Source of the DNA: an uncultured Solirubrobacteraceae bacterium
GTDB taxonomy: Bacteria; Actinomycetota; Thermoleophilia; Solirubrobacterales; Solirubrobacteraceae
DNA: 64,000 nt
Direction of reading: 5' to 3'
NCBI GenBank assembly: GCA_963744035.1
Contig: CAVURZ010000004.1
Coordinates: 653,440-717,439 of the forward strand
Positions 58,022-64,000 of the stretch are shown here, piece by piece. The translations under genes and the position numbers were made by a program. Positions within the stretch are counted from its first letter, which is position 1. Every line of letters starts with the position of its first letter. The notes beneath the pieces are model-generated. The model made no database searches. It saw only the letters and a list, made by a program, of their open reading frames with translations, and was not told the DNA's origin.

Positions 58022-58816
58022 TCAGAGCCCCGGGTAGTGACGCACGACGTAGCCGCTGTTGTTGGTCGGCTGGACCTGCCAGCGCGAGGCGTAGACGCCG
58101 CTGCGCCCGGCCGTGTCGTAGAGGATCCCGTCCACGTACATGTAGGTGTGCCCGGCATTGGCATAGACGGTGATGTAGCGGCCGGGGCCGGGCGCGCCCC
58201 AGCTCTCCAGTTCGCCTGAGGTCTCGGGCGAGCTCAGCAGCCCGCCGGCCGCCAGCGCGTAGCTGACCGAGCCGGAGCAGTCATAGGCGTTGTCCACAAA
58301 GGACGCGTGTCCGCCGCCGTAGACATAGGGGAAGTCGGCGATCTCGTTGGCCCCTGCGACGACCTTCTGGATCACTTCCGGCACGCCCGTGGGGATCGGG
58401 ATCGTGCCGTCGCCGCCGACCGAATATCCACCTGGGACCGGGGTCAGACGCGTCTTCTGGGCGTGTTTGGCGCTCTTTTCGACGGCCTGCATCTGCTGCA
58501 GCTCGGCCTTCACTTCGGCATCCGAGGGCGCCCCTGCTGCGACCGTCGCCCCGGCCTTGGCGGGCGTCGCGGCGGCGATGTGGTGGACGCTGGCCGGAGC
58601 CGGGTAGCTGTTCGCTTCCAGAGGGTCGGCGACCTCCTTCGTGGTCGCTGCGGCCTTTGTGGTGGCCGCGGTCACGGGCGGCCCCGAGCGGATCGCCCCG
58701 CCGACCACGGCGACCGAGGGGGTCGGGGGCTCGGACTTGGAGCTGCCGCAGCCGGCGATCGCCAGACACAGCAGGCCACAGCACAGCCACAGCCGCGGCC
58801 CGGAAGCGGAAAGCAT
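58022..58816 (-). CDS. NlpC/P60-like cell-wall peptidase lipoprotein
   Basis: Lipobox IAGC; PYVYGGGH..YDCSGSVS..GHTYM supplies the catalytic Cys/His. Confidence 0.8.
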   Translation of the reverse strand: MLSASGPRLWLCCGLLCLAIAGCGSSKSEPPTPSVAVVGGAIRSGPPVTAATTKAAATTKEVADPLEANSYPAPASVHHIAAATPAKAGATVAAGAPSDAEVKAELQQMQAVEKSAKHAQKTRLTPVPGGYSVGGDGTIPIPTGVPEVIQKVVAGANEIADFPYVYGGGHASFVDNAYDCSGSVSYALAAGGLLSSPETSGELESWGAPGPGRYITVYANAGHTYMYVDGILYDTAGRSGVYASRWQVQPTNNSGYVVRHYPGL

Positions 58817-58868
58817 GCAACCAAGGCTAGCGTGGGTGTCCGCCGCCGCGTCTCGCTAACCTGATGCG

Positions 58869-59321
58869 ATGCACGAGGAAGCCACGGCCGTGGGGCTGCG
58901 CCCCCACATTCGCCTGCTCCACGGAATGCGCCGCCCGGCAAACTGGCTGCAGCTTGTCCGTTTTGGCCTTGTCGGAGCGGTCGGCTTCATCGTCAACCTT
59001 GCCGTGTACACGCTGTTCGTCCACGCTCTCGGCGTCGAGTACCGGATCGCCTCGGTCGCGGCATGGATCGTGGCGGTGGCCAACAACTTCGTCTGGAATC
59101 GCCACTGGACCTTCGACGCCCGCGAGGGCGTCGCCCGTCATCAGGCGATGCGCTTCCTGTTGGTGAGCGTCGTGACCGAGGTCATCAGCCTGCTGCTGCT
59201 GACCATCCTGGTCGAGTCGGGCGGCATGTCCAAGGTGCCCGCCCAGGCGATCGCAGTGGCCGCCGCGACGCCTCTGAGCTTCCTGGGCAACAAGCTCTGG
59301 AGCTTCCGCGCCAGGGCCTGA
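58869..59321 (+). CDS. GtrA family flippase-like protein
   Basis: QLVRFGLVGAVGFIVN, NNFVWNRHWTF and SFLGNKLWSF motifs. Confidence 0.9.
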   Translation: MHEEATAVGLRPHIRLLHGMRRPANWLQLVRFGLVGAVGFIVNLAVYTLFVHALGVEYRIASVAAWIVAVANNFVWNRHWTFDAREGVARHQAMRFLLVSVVTEVISLLLLTILVESGGMSKVPAQAIAVAAATPLSFLGNKLWSFRARA

Positions 59322-59323
59322 TC

Positions 59324-59815
59324 GTGCAGGAGATGGTGATCTACGGCGTCAGCTTCGACATGGTCGGCAAGCAGCCGATCGTGCTTCTGAAGACTGTCGA
59401 CGGCAACAAGTTCCTCCCGATCTGGATCGGCCATCCCGAGGCGGCCTCGATCCTGATGAAGCTCCAGGGCGCGGGCACCCCCCGCCCGATGACCCACGAT
59501 CTGCTGTGCGACATCCTCGGCGAGCTCGACGTCAAGTGCACCCAGGTCGCCGTCACGGAGCTGCGCGAGAACACCTTCTTCGCCTCGATCACGCTCAGCG
59601 TCGCAGGGCGGGAGCTGGAAATCGACTCTCGGCCAAGCGACGCGATCGCACTGGCCGTCCGTTCGGGCGCGCCGATCTACGCCGCCGAGGAGGTCATCTC
59701 GGAGTCGGCCATCGAGTTCGAGCATGACGTCGAGGAGTCCGAGGACGTGGTCGAGAAGTTCAAGGAGTTCCTCGATCAGGTCTCGCCTGAGGACTTCGCC
59801 GCCGGGGACAGCTAG
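59324..59815 (+). CDS. bifunctional nuclease (DUF151)
   Basis: LPIWIG..EA, RPMTHDL and IDSRPSDAIALA motifs. Confidence 0.92.
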   Translation: MQEMVIYGVSFDMVGKQPIVLLKTVDGNKFLPIWIGHPEAASILMKLQGAGTPRPMTHDLLCDILGELDVKCTQVAVTELRENTFFASITLSVAGRELEIDSRPSDAIALAVRSGAPIYAAEEVISESAIEFEHDVEESEDVVEKFKEFLDQVSPEDFAAGDS

Positions 59816-60765
59816 CGGCGGTTGCGCGCGCTGGCCAGGATTCGCTCGAGCAGCTCGTCGAATCCGATGCCGGCCGCGTCGGCGGCCTGGGGCAGCAGGC
59901 TGGTCTCGGTGAGGCCGGGGACCACGTTGGTCTCAAGGACGAACAGCTCGCCGCTGTGCTCCTCGAGCATCAGGTCCACCCGGGCAAAGCCGTGGCAGCC
60001 GAGAAGGCTGTAGACCTCGAGCGCCAGGTCCTGGGCCCTTGCGGTGGTCTCCGGCTCAAGCTCCGCGGGGCAGACGAAGGTGGTCATGCCGATGCCGTAG
60101 CGGGACTCGTAGTCATAGAAGTCCTCCTCGCGGGGTACGGCCTCGACGATCGGCAGGGCCTGCGGGTGCTCGCCTTCGATGATCGAGACGGCCAGATCGC
60201 GGCCCTTGATGTGGCGCTCCAGCAGAATCCGGGCGTCGTAGGAGAAGGCTCCGACCATCGCGCCCGGCAGCTCTGACCCCTGGCGGGCGAACTTGACGCC
60301 CAGGGCCGAGCCGCCTCGAGCGGGCTTGACGACCATCGGGAATTCGAGCTTGGCTTCGATCGCCGGCAGGGCGCCGGCGCCGCCGAGCTCCTTGACGACC
60401 GTCTCATTCAGCGCGAAGAACGGCGCCGTCGAGATGCCGGCGGAGCGCATCAGGTGCTTGGCGAGGATCTTGTCGGTCGCGCGCACGCAGGCCGCCGGAG
60501 CAGAACCCGTATATGGGATCCCCAGCGCTTCAAGTACCTCCTGGATCGTCCCGTCCTCGCCGTCGCGGCCGTGCAGTGCCACAAAGGCGACGTCGGCCCG
60601 CGCGGCGATCAGCTCCTCGACCAGCCGGCCGTCCGTGTCGATCGAGATCGGGATGTGGCCGATGCGGGCGAGGCCGTCGCGCACCTGCGCGCCCGAGCGC
60701 AACGAGACGGCTCGCTCGAGCGAGCGGCCGCCCTGCAGGACGGCGACCCGGAGGGGCTCGCTCAT
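59812..60765 (-). CDS. D-alanine--D-alanine ligase family protein (second paralog)
   Basis: GGRSLERAVS, LHGRDGEDG, VKPARGGSALG, FYDYESRY and ETNVVPGLT motifs. Confidence 0.88.
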   Translation of the reverse strand: MSEPLRVAVLQGGRSLERAVSLRSGAQVRDGLARIGHIPISIDTDGRLVEELIAARADVAFVALHGRDGEDGTIQEVLEALGIPYTGSAPAACVRATDKILAKHLMRSAGISTAPFFALNETVVKELGGAGALPAIEAKLEFPMVVKPARGGSALGVKFARQGSELPGAMVGAFSYDARILLERHIKGRDLAVSIIEGEHPQALPIVEAVPREEDFYDYESRYGIGMTTFVCPAELEPETTARAQDLALEVYSLLGCHGFARVDLMLEEHSGELFVLETNVVPGLTETSLLPQAADAAGIGFDELLERILASARNRR

Positions 60766-62221
60766 CTGTCGTTGAGCCGGCGCTCGGCGGCGCCGCTGTC
60801 GCGACGCGGCAGCGCGACGACGTCGGCCAGCGGCGCCGTGTCGAGCTCCTCGACCGGCGGAGTTCTCGGCGCCGAACGGGGTGATGGCGAGCCGCTCAGC
60901 GAGCCGAGCAGGGAGAGCTGCTCGCCGATGGCGCCGCCGATACGGCGGATCCCCTCGCGGATCTGAGGCTCGGGGATCCCGGCGAAGTTCAGCCGCATCG
61001 AGGACGAGCCGCGCTGACCGTCCATGAAGGCGGCGCGGCCGGGGACGAAGGCGACGCCCCTGCTGGTGCGCGCGAGCGCCAGCAGGTCGGTGGTGTCGAT
61101 CCGCTCATCCAGCGTGGCCCAGATGAACAGGCCGCCCTCGGGGCGGGTCCAGCTGGCGCCCTCGCCGAAGTGCTGGCCGAGGGCGTCGAGCATCACGTCG
61201 CGCCGTGTCCGGTAGAGGTCCCGCAGAGCCGCTCGACGTAGCCCTGCCAGCCCATCCCGTGTTCGGCGCCATGCTGGAAATAGGCCGCGACGAACATCTG
61301 GGTGACGGGGGAGGAGCAGAGATCAGAGCCCTGTTTGCCCAGGTTGAGCTTTTCGAGCACCGGCCGCGGGGCCACCGACCAGCCGAGTCGCAGCCCTGGC
61401 GCGAGGATCTTCGAGAAGGTTCCCAGGTAGATCACCAGGTCCGACGCGCCGCCGCGGCCTGCGGCTTCGGCGTCGAGCGTGTGCAGGGTCGGCAGCGGAT
61501 CGCCGTCGTAGCGGAGCAGCCCGTAGGGGTTGTCCTCGAGGATCAGCAGCTCGCGCTCGCGGGCGACCTCGATCAGCCGCCGTCGCCGCGGCAGCGACAT
61601 CGTCACCCCGCCGGGGTTCTGGAAGTTGGGGATCGTGTAGATGAACTTCGGCCTCCGGCCCTCGGATTGCAGGCGGTCGAGGGTGCTCTCGAGCGCATCG
61701 ATCGGCATGCCGTCGGCGTCGATGTCGATCTGCTCGACGTCGGCCTGGTAGGCGCTGAAGGTGGGCACGGCACCGGGGTAGGTGGGGGCCTCGGCGACGA
61801 TCACGTCGCCGGGATCGATCAGGGTCTTGCAGACCAGGTCAAGCACCTGCTGCCCGCCGGTCGTCACGATCACCTCGGACGGATCGACCTTGGTCCCCTC
61901 GGCGGCCATCACCTCGACGATGCAGGCGACGGTCGCGGCCATCCCTTCGGTCGGGCCGTACTGCAGGGCACGCGCCGTTGATTCGGATGCGACGTCTGCC
62001 ATCAGCCGCGCGTAGAGGTCAGGCGGAAAGGTCGACGTGTCCGGCAGGCCGCCGGCCAGCGAGATCACATCGGGCCGCTCGGTCAGGGCCATCATCTCGC
62101 GCATCGCGGAGCTCTTCATGCCCCGGGTCCTGGCGGCGAACAGCGCCTCGTAGCGCGCGAGCTCGTGCGCCGCCGGGCGCGCGCCCTGTCCGCTTACACC
62201 TCCGCTTCTCGATCGATCCAT
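60762..62221 (-). CDS. PLP-dependent aminotransferase (LysN/MocR-like, no HTH; frameshift near 61220)
   Basis: ISLAGGLP, LQYGPTEG, IPNFQNPGG, EDNPY, GTFSKILAPGLRLGW and PEGGLF motifs. Confidence 0.9.
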
Positions 62222-62359
62222 ATGACTGACTTCCCTATTCGCCGTCGAGGGGCTGCAACCTCGCACGCGACCCATGCGGCCGGACGGGTCGTCTATCGTC
62301 CTGGCCGAATCTCGGAGCGCCCAGCAGGGACGGTAGCGCACCTCCGGATCCCCTCTCCA

Positions 62360-62983
62360 GTGAACGGCACCTTCTTCTACATAGGCCTCGGTCTGGGTCT
62401 GGCGGCGGCCTGCGGGCTGCGGCCGTTCCTGCCGTTGCTGCTCGCCGGAGCACTTGGGTCCTCCGATGCCCTGGGGGTCTCCTTCGATCACGGCAGCTTC
62501 ACGTTCCTGCAGCAGGACTGGTGGCTGCTCGTCGTGGCCGTCGCGATGGCCATGTCCTATGCCCTGCAGCTGCTGCTCGGCCTCGCCCCGACACTGGATT
62601 CGCGCAGGGAATCGGCGGCCGCGCCGTTGGCCTCGGCGATCACGGGGCTCTCCTACGGCGCCGGGGCCGTCCTGTTCGCGGGGACCCTGGCCGACCACGG
62701 CGACATGTGGTGGCCCGGGCTGATCGGCGGACTGCTCGCCGCGGGCCTGGCCCAGTGGGCGTCGGGACCGGTGATCGCGGGGGCTCGCAAACGCCTGCCC
62801 GATCGTGGTGCCCGGGAAGCCCTGACGGTCTACCTCGATGCTGCCTCGGTGCTGGTGGCCGCGCTGGTCGCGCTGGTGCACCCGCTCGGCTATGTGATCG
62901 TCGCCGTGCTGATCTGGTTCCTGGCTCGCAGGCGTGCGCGCGCCGGCGAGAAGTACGCCGGCCTTCGAATCCTCCGCCGCTGA
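62360..62983 (+). CDS. DUF4126-like membrane protein
   Basis: GLGLAAACGLRPFLPLL motif, multiple TM helices and a C-terminal KYAGLRILR. Confidence 0.7.
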   Translation: MNGTFFYIGLGLGLAAACGLRPFLPLLLAGALGSSDALGVSFDHGSFTFLQQDWWLLVVAVAMAMSYALQLLLGLAPTLDSRRESAAAPLASAITGLSYGAGAVLFAGTLADHGDMWWPGLIGGLLAAGLAQWASGPVIAGARKRLPDRGAREALTVYLDAASVLVAALVALVHPLGYVIVAVLIWFLARRRARAGEKYAGLRILRR

Positions 62984-62995
62984 GTCAGGATCGCG

Positions 62996-64000
62996 TTGCC
63001 CTCCTCGCCGCCGAAGCTGGTCCTTTGTGTGATCGACGCGATGGCGCCCGAGATGCTCGAGCGCGCCATCGCCGCGGGCACCGCGCCGGTCCTCGCGCGG
63101 CTGGTTCAGGAGGGCCGCTACGTGCCCGGCTGTGTCGCGGCCTTCCCCTCCGTGACGCCCGTGTGCGCTGCCTCGATCGTCACGGGGCTGGCCCAGGACG
63201 CCCACCACATCCCGGCGATGAACTGGTTTCACCGAGAGGAACACCGCTACGTGGAGTACGGCTCCAGCTTCAGGGCCGTCCAGCGCTTCGGCATCGGCCG
63301 CCAGCTGACCGACACGGTCTACAACATGAATCGGGTCCACCTCTCGGCTGAGACGCCGACCGTGTTTGAGAGCCTCGACGACGCCGACGTGCGCACGGCC
63401 GGCACGACCTACCTCATGTACAGGGGCCGCTACCGTCACGAGCCCCAGCGCGACAGCGCGCTGACCCGGGTCGCGGCGGCCCTGATGCGTCACCCGGTGA
63501 TGGGCCCGCGAGAGCTCTTCTACGCCGACATCTTCGCGTCGCGCCCAACCGGCTGTCGTTCGGTGCTGGGGATGCCCGGCGTGCGCGACCGCCATTCCGG
63601 CTGCGTCTCGGCCTACATGGTCGAGCACGACCTGTTCGACTTCCTGCTGCTCTCGCTGCCGGATAACGACTGGTACTCGCACAAGAAGGGTCCCGACGCC
63701 CAGGTCGAGTCGATTGCCAACGCCGACCTCCAGCTGGCTCGGGTCGCCGAGGCCGCCGGCGGCCTGGACCGCTTCCTGGAGGAGCACGCGATCATCGTGA
63801 TGGCCGACCACTCCCAGGCGCCCGTCAGCGAGACGATCGCCCTGCAGGATGGACTGGCCGAGCTCGGCGTGCTCGGGCCCGCCCGCCCGGCGCGCGGCTC
63901 ACGCGGGGCGGACGCCGCCTCGGAACCGCGGATCGCCGTCTGTCCGTCGCAGCGGGCCGCGATGGTCTACGCACTCGAGGAGTCCGAGCGCGACGCGATG
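62996..64000 (+). CDS. alkaline phosphatase superfamily / nucleotide pyrophosphatase-phosphodiesterase (runs off window)
   Basis: Manual translation gives KLVLCVIDAM, FPSVTPVC, LPDNDWYSH and IVMADH metal-binding motifs. Confidence 0.85.
   Translation, partial: MPSSPPKLVLCVIDAMAPEMLERAIAAGTAPVLARLVQEGRYVPGCVAAFPSVTPVCAASIVTGLAQDAHHIPAMNWFHREEHRYVEYGSSFRAVQRFGIGRQLTDTVYNMNRVHLSAETPTVFESLDDADVRTAGTTYLMYRGRYRHEPQRDSALTRVAAALMRHPVMGPRELFYADIFASRPTGCRSVLGMPGVRDRHSGCVSAYMVEHDLFDFLLLSLPDNDWYSHKKGPDAQVESIANADLQLARVAEAAGGLDRFLEEHAIIVMADHSQAPVSETIALQDGLAELGVLGPARPARGSRGADAASEPRIAVCPSQRAAMVYALEESERDAM

Overview
High-GC chromosomal window spanning the replication origin of an actinobacterium, most likely Thermoleophilia/Solirubrobacterales (inferred from gene content and order). 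It contains the oriC block (gyrA-gyrB-DUF721-recF-dnaN-oriC-dnaA | rpmH-rnpA-yidD-yidC-jag-parS-rsmG-parA-parB) and a cell-wall signalling cluster (three Ser/Thr kinases, fhaA, fhaB, pstP, pbpA, ddl, dedA, uppP). The rest is tRNA-Ile(GAT) plus an accessory stretch: FG-GAP surface protein, efeO/efeB/phospholipase C, choline kinase/GcvT oxidoreductase, glpK/glpA-like, a LysR-HTH/PAS fusion, an amino-acid ABC transporter, a CHASE-like/GGDEF/EAL protein, a PKD protein and a second ddl paired with an aminotransferase. Many essential genes are split by single-base indels, which I read as sequencing or assembly error, so several boundaries are approximate. The strongest leads are: (1) a densely structured ~240-nt element at 16057-16290 carrying a 16/17-nt copy of the 16S rRNA 3' end in a hairpin loop plus a 14-codon ORF; (2) rodA missing from the pknB operon, with a translationally coupled 5-codon mini-ORF in its slot; (3) a LysR-HTH fused to PAS; (4) a dedA-uppP-kinase operon. 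No integrase, transposase or CRISPR array was seen.
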